DNA of 64,000 nucleotides from the human T2T-CHM13v2.0 reference genome, Homo sapiens. Of the stretch, positions 28,470 to 44,743 are shown one piece after another. Numbering within the stretch: position 1 is the stretch's first letter; each line of letters starts with the position of its first letter. The stretch lies in the NCBI RefSeq assembly GCF_009914755.1, contig NC_060946.1. One strand, written 5' to 3'. The position numbers were made by a program, and so were the translations under genes. The notes beneath the pieces were generated by a model. It ran no database searches, was not told the DNA's origin, and saw nothing but the letters and a program-made list of their open reading frames with translations.

Positions 28470-29871
28470 TTACTTAGAAATTGCTCATTTGTTCATGTTA
28501 ATGCTATGTTTATCACAGGTAACAGCATACAGGTTTCCCCCCCCCACCCCGTCATGTACAGCTGAATCATGCAGAATTTGAAGATCAAGATGATGAAGCC
28601 AGAGTTCAGTATGAGGGTTTTCGACCTGGGATGTACGTCTGCGTTGAGATTGAAAATGTTCCCTGTGAATTTGTGTAGAACCTTGACCCCCGTTACCCCA
28701 TTATCCTGGGTGGCTTGGGCAACAGCGAGGGAAATGTTGGATACGTGCAGGTGGGTCCCTTTGCTGCATATTTGGTGCCTGAGGCTCTGTGGATTTCCCC
28801 TCCATCAATCATCTTACCCTCTCATCCCCCTCAGATGCGTCTGAAGAAACATCGCTGGTATAAGAAAATCCTCAAGTCCCGAGATCCAATCATATTTTCT
28901 GTAGGGTGGAGGAGGTTTCAGACCATCCCGCTCTGTTATATCGAAGACCACAATGGAAGACAAAGGCTTCTAAAGTATACCCCACAGCACGTGCATCGCG
29001 GAGCAGCCTTTTGGGATAAAATATGTTTACAATAACTTGCCTATTGCTGAGATTAAACCTTACAGGCTGCGTTATTTTAGCTTTGTGCTTTTCCTTTCAT
29101 AAAATTCCACTCCTAAGATTTTTCTCTTTTCTGGGAGCAGGGAGGTGGTTTGGAGTATATACGTAAATCTATATCCAAATCTAAATGTCCATATCCAGTA
29201 TGTTAAACTAGAATCTAAAATTTGTGGTTTGCTATATTTCTTTTTTTCCTTTTCCTTTAAGACCCTATCACTCCACAGGGAACTGGTTTCTTGGCAATAC
29301 AGTCTGTCAGTGGCATAATGGTAACTATCTTGGATGATTTCTTTTACAGATTGGTTTTGAGAAATATATCCTGAATGTGGATTACTATGTACATGAGACT
29401 TTAAGTTGAAAATTACTCATTTTTATTAATATAAAGTAAATTTCCCTTTGCTTTTAATCTTCGTACATCCTTTTCAGTAGGGTGTGGGATTAGAGGAGGG
29501 GAGGTGGAAGAATTATAATGGTACATTTCCTATTTTTGTGCATCTTTTGCATTTATTTATCTAAGCAAGTACTTAAGCAGTGCTCACCATGTGCTAAGCA
29601 CTGTATGAGGTTGTGAGGAGCCATCAGAGACCACCCAGACACAAGACTCCCTGCAGCTGTGCTGGGGTAGCAGTCTGTTCACTCCATTTTCATTTGACCA
29701 GTCAGGCAGGGCAGGGTTTACTGGTCCCATTTAACAGAGAAGAAAGCAGAATAATGAGCAGATGGAATCTTCCCTGGAGGTCCAAATTTTAATTTCCTAA
29801 ACATTGCAACTGTATTTTTCTTTTCCATTTCGTTCCAAATAAATCATTATAGTAAAATTACATTCCTCTGA

Positions 29872-30247
<376 letters not shown>

Positions 30248-32342
30248 TAAAGTTTTGGATTGCTTTTGTCAAGCCACTGGGTTGCAAGTTCAGATGGTCT
30301 CTCTTGTTTTTCTTAGCTAATTGTAAGTAAAATTCACTTTGGTAATTTATTGTGTCACATAGAATTGAAGTTTTTCTCTTGCTAATATTATTCCTATTTT
30401 CAAATTTTGGGGTTCCTGTTAGCCTGATTTTCGGATAGCTGCCACAGGAGTTGTCCTTGATCTGGATAAATCCATAAAAATTGTGAAGAAATTAAAGCTA
30501 ACTGGTTTTCCATATAAAATTTTTAAGAACACTTCATTTATTAAGGTCTGTATATCTATATATTCTCATATTTATAGATCTCCATATTGTTTGAGAAAAG
30601 GAATGAAATACCTCTAAAATATGGGCCTCATATTTTTAGAAAAGTGTTTGAAATCTTTTATAAACTTCATATTTTGTTTGCTCCTTTATATTCTGTATTA
30701 CTTAAATATGCTCAGAAAAGCAGTGGTAAACAGCTATTTAGGAATTGAGGCTGTTACTCCTGACTTCCATGTGAGACTGCCACAGAACTCATATTGAAAA
30801 TATGTCATTTTATCCACTAGGTTTTGTTTCCTACTTTTTAAATTTGTGTTAAGAAAGGGAAAAAAATCACAAGTTTGTCTAACTCAGTAGAAAAATCGAC
30901 AAAGCATTTGCAGACAACTTGGCAAGGGTACAGAGAAACGGATGTACTGTTTTTCAGTATTTGGGGAGGGTGGTTTGAGCAGCATTTATTGACAATTTCA
31001 TTAGTGGGGATGTTTCTATTGAAAACAGAGTTAGGAAGTCATAAAATGTTCCTGCAATATAAGGTAATAATACCACCAGCGTTTATCTTACTGTTTTCAT
31101 GTTCTAAGTGCATGCATCTGAGTAAAAGGATCTGGGCTGCAGTCCAGTCTGAGAGATGCCAGCAAAGGCTTCCTAGGCCAGTTCAGTCCAGTAAATCCCT
31201 CTTCGATCTTCTCTTCCACACAGACAGCAGTGATGAGCATGCCCATGAACTCACATGATTATTTTGGGGAAAATGAAAGAGTTGTATTCTTTTTGAGGTA
31301 GTAATTCCACTTTCAGGGGCAAATACATTTTGATTATTTTATCACCCTTCAGTGAGTTGTTTTTGTTCTTTAATCAAGGATGTATGTTTGAAGTAAGAAG
31401 TAAAGCATAAAGTATATGATTTTGTGTGTGTGTGTGTTTTTATCTTGCTGTACCTGTAGGGAATGTTTAATTCAGCCTTGGAAGTGGCCAAATTTGAAGG
31501 TGCTGTGATTCGAACTATCAGTGGGATAAGGGGGCAGATCAAGAAAGCACTCTGAGCTCCAGAAGGAGCTTTCCGGGCCAGCTTTGAGGATAAGCTGCTG
31601 ATGAGCGGTGAGTGTCTTAAGTAGTGTTCAGGGCAGGGTGTTACCATTCATGCTTGACTTCTAGCCAGTGTGACGAGAGGCTGGAGTCAGGTCTCCGGAG
31701 AGTTGAGCAGCTCCAGCCTTAGATCTCCCAGTCTTATGCGGTATGCCCATTCGCCTTGTGTCTGCAGCCCCCTGGCCACACCCAGTAACAGTTCTGTGAT
31801 CTATGAGAATAGTTCCCTTAGCGACCTTTCCCTTCAAATACTTTGCAGCCAGGTAGAGAAGTTTGGAGTGAAGGTTTTGTTCTTTGTTTCTTCGCAATAT
31901 GGATATGAATCTTCTTTTGAAAATGTTAAAGTAAATTACCTCTTTTCAGATATTGTCTTCATGCAAACTTGGTATCCTGTTTCCATCCCAGCCTTCTATA
32001 ACCCAGTAACATCTTTGTTGAAACCAGTGGGTGAGAAAGACACCTGGTCAGGAACGCGGACCACGGGCCAACTCAGGCTTGCCCATGGTGTCAGACTAAA
32101 GGCAAACAAGGACTCTCTGTATAAGGTACTGGTCGTGTGTGTGTTAGTGGAGATGAAGCCTGTGCTCTACAGACAGGGAGTCACACAGACACTTTTCTAT
32201 AATTTCTTATGTACTTTGAATGTTCAAGTATAAAGTCTAACATTAAATTTGATTGAACAATTGTATATTTGTGGGATATTTTGGAGTGGAACACCAAAAA
32301 ATGGTAATAGTGGTTCTTTCTGGATTGAAGACAAACTTTTCT

Positions 32343-34720
<2,378 letters not shown>

Positions 34721-35296
34721 GAAGTAAACTCCCAGGGGATGGGAGTGACTCTGGACATGGGAGTGACATGATAGTGACTCTGGACCCTGCAGTGGTGGGA
34801 CACAGCAGCATCTCTGTCTCTGTGAGGCCAGGCGCAGCATCAGCAAGGACCCCAGAATGGTGGAGCACTACTGTGGCTTGGGCCCTCGGGGGCAGGGACC
34901 AGTGCAGCAACTACTTCTCTCCCTGGGGAGGCAGGTGCCTGGGCAACTCAGATTCTCCAGAGCTAGTCCAGTTCCAAGGAAGCAGGGTTCTACAGTTGTT
35001 TGTCCTGAAGGGCAAGGTACCCCAGTTCAGCCAATGCCGTTTTCCTGGGATATGGGGGTGCCATGTTGGCTCATCCCTGGCAGGTGTGGCTGCTCAGCTC
35101 AGCCAAGACACTGATTTCCTGTGAAGCAGGGCAGCGCTTCAGCTCTCATGCAGTGGGGAGTGTGACTGCTCAGACTGGCCAAGGCACTGATTCCCTGGAA
35201 AGCAGGGCACCAAGTCAGCTCAGGCTCCAAGGGGCAGGGCGCAATGGCAGCTGGGAGGGGAGGGGCACAGCAGCGTGGCCCCGCAGGTGGGGTGTA

Positions 35297-35728
35297 TGCT
35301 GTGATGTGGACATCATTTGTTCCCACCAGCCATTTGAAATTTCATCCATTTGAAATTTGATTCCAAATGTGGTGGTGTGGGAGGTGGGGCCTAGTGGGAG
35401 GTATTTGGGTCACAGGGCAGATCCTTTATGAATAGATTAATGCCTTTTCATGGGACTGGATTAGTTACCAGGAGTGGATTGTTATCAGAGTGAGTTCAGC
35501 TTCCTAGACTCTCGTGTTTCCTCTCTTGCCATGTGAGCCCCTTGCATACACCTGTTTCCCCTTCCACTTTCCCTATGAGATGAAGCAGCACAAGACCCTC
35601 GCCAGTTGTGCTGCCCAATCTCGGACTTTTCAGACACAAGCAGGGTGAGCCAAATAAACCTTTTTTATAAAATAAGTTACCCCGAGTCTCAAGTATTCTG
35701 TTACAGCCACACTAAATGGCCTAAGACA
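35297..35728 (+). mobile_element. MaLR solo LTR (MST-type)
   Basis: TG...CA ends, AATAAA at ~35653, 5-bp TSD GTGTA (35292-35296 / 35729-35733). Confidence 0.85.
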
Positions 35729-37174
35729 GTGTAACAGCGGCTCGGGGGTGGTGGGCCACTAGGTGGGTGTGATATAGAGCAACAAAGCCTGAGGATGGAA
35801 GAAGGGTGCGGTGGCAGCTCACCCTGGGTGGGACATGCTCCCGAAGTGGTCCAGGTCCAGGAGGGCACGTTGCAGCAGCAGCTGGTCCATGGGGGTGGGG
35901 CACAATGTCAGTTCCTTCTCTGAGGGGAGTGCTGGGGCTACTGGGCCCCTCTTGCTTCCTTATCCCTGCAGGGAGACATCCCCTCTGCTTCAGGCTGATC
36001 CCTCTGGGGGAATGGGTGGTGGGGGCCAGATGTTTCCTTCCCTCCTTTATGTGACCGTCCTGGTTTTCTGTGCTCTGCTGGATTTCTGCTACTCCTTGAT
36101 GCACTCTGGGGCTCTCTTTTAGTGACTTTCATCAAAATATAGTTGTTTGCTGCTTTGGCTGTCTTTGTCAGGGGATGAGTGCAAGGGGCTATTGATCAGC
36201 CCCTTGCTGGCATCACTCCCTCTTAAACTTTTCACTGGGTACTCTTTTGAACTATTTTTTCCCCCACCGTATACATGTATTTTTTAAACGTTAATGTGCT
36301 AATTTCTACTGAAGCAATGTGGATTTTTCTGAAAGTTTTAATGTTTTAATAAGCTTTTTATTGAAATGTTAATGTCCATACAGAAGAGTGCCCGAATCAT
36401 AAGTGTGCATCTAGATGAACTGTAGCACACCAGGCTGCCACGCCCTGGACCAAGCAGTAGCCTCGCCCTGTGGCCTCTCCCAGGCACTGCTGCCCCAACC
36501 CACAGAATAGCTACTTTCCCAGTTCCTGATGTAGATTTGTTCTGCCTGGTTTTGACTTCTATAAAATACAGCACATTCTATTTAGCCTGGCTTCTTTGGT
36601 TCAGTATTACAGAACACATCCATGTTCTTGTCTATGGCAGACATTGATTTATCGTCATTGTTGAGTTCCATTATGTGACTGTGTCACCATTTTTCCATTG
36701 ATGAGTAAAATGATTTCCTATTTTTGGCTGTTATCCCACGGCCCTGAACACTAGGTCTGGATATGGGACTTGCAGGTATGCAGGGGCACACGCACTTCTG
36801 CTGGAGGATCCCTGGGTGGGGTGGAGACTCCAGGGCACCTGTGCTCTGCTTCAGTATGGAGTAGTTGGAGTGTATTGCTTAGAACAAAAGAGATGAGACA
36901 CTAACACTGTGTGTATATTCTAAATCATATATCAGTGAAGAAATGTGATGTTTGCAACATCTTCTCTGGGGATGCTAACCCCCTAAGTCATTATTACCAT
37001 GCATGTAAGCACCTCACCTAGATCTGCACTCCATCTAGCAGTGAGAAATTCCACCATAATCTACACACCATAATATCATCAATGTGTCTAGAAGTCAGAT
37101 CCTCTATGTGTGAACCAAGACAATGCCTGGCGAACAAGACAGCTGGGCTCTCAGGTCTCTGCACCATGGGGAGG

Positions 37175-40061
37175 TGTGTAAGGCCATTCTTGAATTACTA
37201 TAAAGAAATCTCTGAGACTGGATGATTTACAAAGAAATTTACAAAGAAATGTTGAATTGACTCACAGTTCTGTGGGCTGTACAGGAAGCTTGGTGCTGGC
37301 ATCTGCTCCTTTTCTGGGATGCCTCAAGGAGTTTTTACTCACGGCAGAAGATGAAGTAGGAGCAGGCATCTCACATGGCAGAACAGGAGCAGGACAGAGA
37401 GTGGGTAGGAAAGGTGTCACAAATTTGAACAACCAAATCCCATGAAAACTCACTATCATAAGGTGAAAACCAACCCAAGAAGGATATTCTCTCATGACCC
37501 AAGTACCTCCCACAAGGTCCCACTTCCAACCTTGTGAATTACATTTCAACATGAGATTTAGTTTAGCATCCAAACTATACCATTATTCCCCTGGTCTCTA
37601 AAGTCTCATGTTCTTCTCACATGGCAAAATACAATAATGTCTTCCTAACAATCCCCAAAACTCTTAACTCATTCCAGCATCAACTCAGTCGAAGTCCACA
37701 GTTCAGAGTCTCATTTGAGTTAAGGCAAGTCCCTTTCACCTATAGGCCAGTAAAATAAAAAACAAGTTATTTACTTCCAAAATACACTGGTAGTACAGAC
37801 ATTGGGTAAATATTCCCATTCCAAGAGAGAAAAAACTGCCATAAAAAAAGGGCTACAGATGTCATGGAAGTTTGAAACCCCGCAGGGCATTCATTAAATG
37901 TTAAAGCTCCAAAATAATCTTTTTTTGACTCCGTCTCCCACATCCAGGGCACACTGATGTAAAGGGCAGGCTACCAAGGCTGAGGGCAGTTCTACCCATT
38001 TGGCTACGCAGGGTTCGGCCCCTGTGGCTACTCTCATAGGCTGTTAAGTGCCTGCAGCTTTTCCAGGTGTAGGATACAATCTGCCAGTGGATCTACCATT
38101 CTGGAATACAGAGGACAGTGACCTCCTTCCCACACCTCCACTAGGCAGTGCCCCAGTGGGGACTCGGTCTGGGGCCTCCAACCCCACATTTGCCCTCCAC
38201 AGTGACCTAGTAGAGGTTCTGTGGGAGGGTTCTGCCCCCACAACAGGCTTCTGCCTTAGCACCCAGGCTTTTCCATACATCCTCTGAAATCTAGGTGGAG
38301 GTTGTTGAGGCTCCAGCACTCTTGCATTCTGTACTCCTGCAGGTTTAACACCACATGGAAGCTTCCAAGGCTTAACATGGCTTTTGCTCCCCAAAACTGT
38401 GGCATAGCATTATCTGGAGCCTCTTGAGCCAAGGCTGGAGCTGAATCAGCCATGAGGTTGCACAGGACTGTGGGGCCCTAGGCCAGACCCAGCAAGCCAT
38501 TCAGTTCACCTAGGCCTCAGGACCTGTAATGTGAGAGGCTGCCTCAGAGATATCTGAAATGCCTTTGAGGTCTTTTTCCCATTGTCTTGGCTATCAACAC
38601 TTGGCTCCTCTTTAGTTACGCAAATACCTCTAGCAAGTGATTGTTTCGCAGCCCACTTGGATTCTTTTCAGGAAGAGGGGATGTTATTTTCTGCCACATA
38701 GTCAAGCTGAAAATTTTTCAATCTTCTATGCTCTGCTTTCCTTTTAAATATAAATTCCAAATTAAAGTCATTTCTTTGATCTCACATCTGAGTATAGGCT
38801 GTAGACACAGCCAGGCCACCTCTTGAACTCTTTCTGCCTAGAAATTTCTTCTGCCAGATACTCTAAATGATTGTTCTGAAGTTCCAACTTCCACAGATTC
38901 CTAGAACATGAATAGAATTCAGCCAAACTCTTTCCTAAGGCATAACATGGGAGATACTTGCCCCAGTTCCCAATAAGTTACTCACTTTCCGTCTGAGATG
39001 TTGACAGCCTATGCTTCATTGTTCCTAACACCATCAGCATTTTGATCACAACCATTTAACCAGTCTCTATAAAGTCTGAAGCATTTTCTAATCTTCCTGT
39101 TGTGAACCCCCAAAATTGGACACAGGTCTCAGTTAACTCAGAAAGCTTATTTTGCCAAGGTTGAGGAGGCACATCTGTGACACAGCCTCAGGAGATCCTG
39201 ATGACATGTGTCCAAGGTGGTAGGGGTACAGCTTGGTTTTATGCATTTTAGGCAGACATGAGACATCAATCAACATGTGTAAGATGTACATCAGTTCAGT
39301 CTGGAAAGGTGGAACAGCTCCAGGTGAAGGCAGGACAACTTGAAGCGGGGAAGGGGCTTCCAGTCTTAGATAGATAAGAGACACATGGTTGCATTCTTTT
39401 GAGCTTCTGATGAGCCTCTCCAAAAGGAGGCAATCAGATATGTGTTTCTCTCAGTGAGCAGAGGGGAGACTTTCAATAGACTGGGAGGCAGGTTTGCTCT
39501 AAGCAGTTCCCAGGTTGAGTGGGGTCCCAAGATTTGTTTTCCTTTCACACTGTCTTCTCCTGAGCCCCCCAAACCCTTCCAACCTCTGGCCATGACTGAG
39601 TTCCACAGCTGCTTTTGTACTATCAGGTATCTTTTAGCCATACTTTATTTACCAATTATCTGTGTTAGGACATTGTTGCATTGCTACAAAGAAATTTGTT
39701 GGGAAATTTACAAACAAAAGAGGTTGAATTGGCTTATGGTTCTGCAGGCTGTACAAGAGTCATGGTGCCTCCATTTGCTTGGCTTCTGAGGACACCTCAA
39801 GGGGATTTTACTTGGTGGAACATGAAGTGGGAGCAGACATCTCTCATGGCAGGGTGGGAGCAAGAAAGAGAGTAAGGCAGGAGGTTCCACACATCTAAAC
39901 AATCAGATCTTGCAAGAACTCACTCACTGTCATGAGGACAGCACCAAGCCTCGCGGAATCCGCTCCAATGACCCAACCACCTCCCACCAGGTGCCACATG
40001 CAACATTGGGGATTACGTTTCAACAGGAGATTGAGAGAGGACACACATCCACACTATATCA
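37175..40061 (-). mobile_element. Complete MaLR (MSTA/THE1-type) provirus: LTRs 37175-37582 and 39661-40061, with internal region
   Basis: Two homologous LTRs, a purine tract next to the left LTR, and 5-bp TSD GGAGG (37170-37174 / 40062-40066). Confidence 0.88.
39101..39549 (-). mobile_element. ERV1 solo LTR (MER4A-like) nested in the MaLR internal region
   Basis: Minus-strand start TGTGAAAGGAAAACAAATCTTGGGACCCC; 4-bp TSD CTGT (39097-39100 / 39550-39553). Confidence 0.8.
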
Positions 40062-40372
40062 GGAGGTGTGTGCCTTGCAACCATCAGGGGATGCTGCAGG
40101 ACTGCCCTATGGTCCCTACACAGCTGCTTAGTAAGAACCATTCACTCCAAGGAACCTGTGCCCTGTGCTCAATGATGGGGACTCAGGAGCTGTGTCCTCT
40201 CTGGCCTGGCAGAGTCCCCTAAGCAGAGACCTGTGTATGGTCTCGGCAGGTGCTTCCTCCCAGGGCCCTCCCGAGGGGGAAACCAAACCTTCCTCCTCCT
40301 CAGTCTGGAGTGTGAGCTAAGCTTCAGCTCCAGGGCTCAGGGAGGGGCTGGGCAGTCCTTGGATGGAAACAT

Positions 40373-40380
40373 ATTTGCAT
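40373..40380 (+). promoter_or_regulatory. Ig octamer ATTTGCAT, IGLV5-52 promoter
   Basis: Perfect octamer ~90 bp upstream of the leader ATG. Confidence 0.9.
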
Positions 40381-40470
40381 GAGCAGCCCCTCCTCTGGCA
40401 GAGGATGGAGAAGAAGAGGAGACCTGGGGCAGCTCAGGCCCACTGTTAGGGCTCAGGGGCTGTGTCCACC

Positions 40471-40965
40471 ATGGCCTGGACTCTTCTCCTTCTCGTGCTC
40501 CTCTCTCACTGCACAGGTAGGGAAAGTCCTTATAAACTGAGTCTCAGTGTCCAACCTACACCATCCCCTGTGGCTCAGACCTACAAGAAGCTTTACCCTG
40601 GGAACTGCCTTATCACCCATGATGTCTGTGTTTTCAGGTTCCCTCTCCCAGCCTGTGCTGACTCAGCCATCTTCCCATTCTGCATCTTCTGGAGCATCAG
40701 TCAGACTCACCTGCATGCTGAGCAGTGGCTTCAGTGTTGGGGACTTCTGGATAAGGTGGTACCAACAAAAGCCAGGGAACCCTCCCCGGTATCTCCTGTA
40801 CTACCACTCAGACTCCAATAAGGGCCAAGGCTCTGGAGTTCCCAGCCGCTTCTCTGGATCCAACGATGCATCAGCCAATGCAGGGATTCTGCGTATCTCT
40901 GGGCTCCAGCCTGAGGATGAGGCTGACTATTACTGTGGTACATGGCACAGCAACTCTAAGACTCA
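40471..40965 (+). CDS. IGLV5-52: Ig lambda variable 5-52 (leader 40471-40516, V exon 40638-40965)
   Basis: [16 protein letters not shown] / [40 protein letters not shown]...[12 protein letters not shown]; GT-AG intron. Confidence 0.95.
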
Positions 40966-41004
40966 CACAGTGCTCCAGACCCATGAGGAAGTAAGACAAA
41001 ACCC
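40966..41004 (+). other. 23-RSS of IGLV5-52
   Basis: CACAGTG + 23 bp + ACAAAACCC. Confidence 0.95.
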
Positions 41005-41509
41005 TCCCCTCTACTCTCCTGGCCTAGTGAAATCACCCCTGCTGGTGGCTCTGACCAAATCTAGCTCAGGGGGTGACATCTGTTGTCTCATCGACAGCAC
41101 TGGAGCTCCCACGGAGAAGTAGGTCTAACAAAGTCCTACCTTGCTCGCATTTCACAGGCAGACATCCGTTGCTCAGGGGTAAAATCTCTCAGTGTTGACA
41201 TTGAAGAAGGCAAGAGGGCTGGGTTGGGGTTCATCTCAGCTCAGAGTCTAGAAGTGACTCAGAGATGCTGCTGGTCTGAGAGTTTTAATATGAGCCTTGG
41301 GATACAATACAGGGATGCAGATGGGAATTGTATTCTCTATGTCAGTAACGAACCATCAGTAATTGAAAAGTCAATACATTGAGAATAGCATAAAGCATGA
41401 AATACTTTAGGATAAGTATGACAAAAATTGTTGTTTTACACACTAGAAGTCCTAAAACATTGTTTAGACGCAGGTCTTAAAGAAGACCTGAGTAAATGCA
41501 CAGATAATC

Positions 41510-42120
41510 CTTTTTTTTTTTTTTTTTTTTGAGGCAGAGTTTCACTCTTGTTGCCCAGGCTGGAGTGCAATGGCATGATCTTGGATCTCGGCTCACCACA
41601 ACCTCCACCTCCTGGGTTCAAGCGATGCTCCTGCCTCAGCCTCCCGAGTAGCTGGGATTACAGGCATGTGCCACCACGCCTGGCTAATTTTTGTATTTTT
41701 AGTAGAGATGGGGTTTCTCCATGTTGGTCAGGCTGGTCTCGAACACCTGATCTCCGGTGATCTGCCCGCCTCGGCCTCCTGAAGTGCTGGGATTACTGGC
41801 GTGAGCCAATGCGCCCAGCCCAGATAACCCTTTTTTTTTTTTTTTTTGAGCAGGAGTCTCGCTCTGTCGCCCAGGATGCAGTGCAGTGGCGCGATCTTGG
41901 CTCACTGCAACCTCTGCCTCCCGGTTGAAGTGATTCTCCTGCCTCAGCCTCCCTAGTAGCTGGGACTACAGGCATGTGCCACCATGCCCGGCTAATTTTT
42001 TTTTTTCCTTGTGGCAACGGGGTTTCACCGTGTTTGGTCTTGATCTCTTGACCTTGTGATCCGCCCACCTTGGCCTCTCAAACTGCTGGGATTACAGGCA
42101 TGAGCCACCGTGCCTGGCCC
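41510..42120 (-). mobile_element. Two tandem Alus (41510-41820, 41831-42120)
   Basis: Two antisense dimers, separated and flanked by CAGATAA(T/C)CC. Confidence 0.9.
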
Positions 42121-42389
42121 CAGATAACCCTTTTTATGTGAGAGTGTAGAGAATGTTGCTGCAGCTGGTGTGGGATGGGGGATGGCTGGGTTGAGACTGT
42201 GTTGTCACCTGCAGTGTACACCTGAGGTGACATGGTTCTGAACATCACTTTCCCCATTGAAGGCCCGAGTGACCTATCACTTGCTTCTCAAAATTCAGGA
42301 ACTAGGTGACTCTAGGAGAGTGCACAGGAAGCTTTCTGCATATTCTTTCAAGAGATTTCGAGGTCACTGACTCTTTTTTCAAGACTTAA

Positions 42390-42841
<452 letters not shown>

Positions 42842-43905
42842 TAGTACATTGTTTAAATGGTGCATGTAAAACCTCATGGTACTACAACTGCCTGGTGACA
42901 GACTCACCAGAGTAAATAACTATCCTGCTGTTCTCCAACCACATGGGATTCCCCAAACAAAGATTTGTTGAGTCCAAGATGCATCATGCCAGAACTCTTG
43001 CAGTCATACACATAATTTGTTTCATTTTAATAAATACGGTTATCTTTTTTCTTCAGTTTATTGTTTTTAATGTATCATCTTCTAGGTTTCATTACACATC
43101 AAAGATGAATAATTTCTCTCATCTTTAGGACATGCTGAAAACACTCATTAGTGATTTTGAACAGTATTATTTCCTAAACATCCTAGTTGGAATGGTTGAT
43201 CCTAAAAGCTACCATGTGTCAGGCTCACCTGAGTGCAGACTGTGGTCTAAACAAGCTAAAGTTTTAATTCTTCCATCTTCAAATACGGAGCATATTTGCT
43301 TGTTTTGCTCTTTAGCAAAACACTGCAAAGTCATTCGCCAGGATCTCCTGCAGACTGGCATTCAGTGATGGAGAACAGACTCCTAGGTGAGATCCCTGGT
43401 CACAGGATCCAGATGACTATGACTGCAAGTCTGGAAAAGAAGAGACAGAACAAAGATTTACCAGCATAACCCTCTGAGAATGTGCCCCGGCCATCCTGGA
43501 GGGAAGAGCTCCCTATTGACCCAGCACTGCAGAATCCACAGAGGAAGGACAGCTCTGGCCACCAGGGAGCAGCCACACGACAAGAGAGGACCCGGTGTCC
43601 CCACAGGTGAGGAAATGAGTCCATGGGGCTGGTCAGTGCTCTCGATTTCATTCTGCCATAACAGGACTTTGTGTAGTCACCACCTGAGTCCTATACAGTG
43701 AACAGCCAAGGAGACATGGACAGATTCACCCCTGAGGAACCCAGTAGAATGTGAAGTCTGCCCTGAGGTCACGAAGAAAAGACTCAGGGGGCTGCCTGGC
43801 CTGGCCCTGATGGAGGGGGCCATGGACAGAACAACGGGGAGGCAGGGGTGTCTCTGAGAGGCTCTGGTCACCTTGTCATACAATGGTGGTGTACAATGTC
43901 GCACC

Positions 43906-43925
43906 ATGGACACTAGGGGGCGCCT
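43906..43925 (+). promoter_or_regulatory. Probable CTCF site
   Basis: GGACACTAGGGGGCGCC is close to the CTCF core CCACTAGGGGGCGC. Confidence 0.6.
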
Positions 43926-44128
43926 GCGCACCATTCCTGAGAAGACTGGGTGTGATGAGAGCAGGACCAGCCCCACCTGTCCTGCTTGGTGCCCTATGCT
44001 TAGGGCTCACAGATGTCAACTCTCCACCCCCTGGGACCACACAGCCCCACCCCTGGCACTCTCTGACATCCTCAGGCAGAGGAGCTTGACCCAGGGCCCA
44101 GGGTGGGATCAGAAAGCTGGAGGGTCTG

Positions 44129-44168
44129 ATTTGCATGGATGGACCCTCCTTCTCTCAGAGTATAAAGA
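44129..44168 (+). promoter_or_regulatory. IGLV1-51 promoter: octamer (44129-44136) and TATA (44161)
   Basis: ATTTGCAT and TATAAAGA upstream of the leader. Confidence 0.92.
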
Positions 44169-44242
44169 GGGGCAGGGAGAGACTTGGGGAAGCTCTGCTT
44201 CAGCTGTGAGCGCAGAAGGCAGGACTCGGGACAATCTTCATC

Positions 44243-44704
44243 ATGACCTGCTCCCCTCTCCTCCTCACCCTTCTCATTCACTGCACAGGTGCCCAGACAC
44301 AGGGTCAGGGGAGGGGTCCAGGAAGCCCATGAGGCCCTGCTTTCTCCTCCTCTCTCTAGACCAAGAATCACCGTGTCTGTGTCTCTCCTGCTTCCAGGGT
44401 CCTGGGCCCAGTCTGTGTTGACGCAGCCGCCCTCAGTGTCTGCGGCCCCAGGACAGAAGGTCACCATCTCCTGCTCTGGAAGCAGCTCCAACATTGGGAA
44501 TAATTATGTATCCTGGTACCAGCAGCTCCCAGGAACAGCCCCCAAACTCCTCATTTATGACAATAATAAGCGACCCTCAGGGATTCCTGACCGATTCTCT
44601 GGCTCCAAGTCTGGCACGTCAGCCACCCTGGGCATCACCGGACTCCAGACTGGGGACGAGGCCGATTATTACTGCGGAACATGGGATAGCAGCCTGAGTG
44701 CTGG
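44243..44704 (+). CDS. IGLV1-51: Ig lambda variable 1-51 (leader 44243-44288, V exon 44398-44704)
   Basis: [16 protein letters not shown] / [36 protein letters not shown]...YDNNKRPS...[12 protein letters not shown]. Confidence 0.97.
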
Positions 44705-44743
44705 CACAGTGCTCCAGCCCAATGGGGAACTGAGACAAGAACC
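44705..44743 (+). other. 23-RSS of IGLV1-51
   Basis: CACAGTG + 23 bp + ACAAGAACC. Confidence 0.95.

Noticed and set aside
31225-31265. Possible intronic C/D snoRNA (GTGATGA)
   Set aside because: No convincing paired D box or terminal stem.
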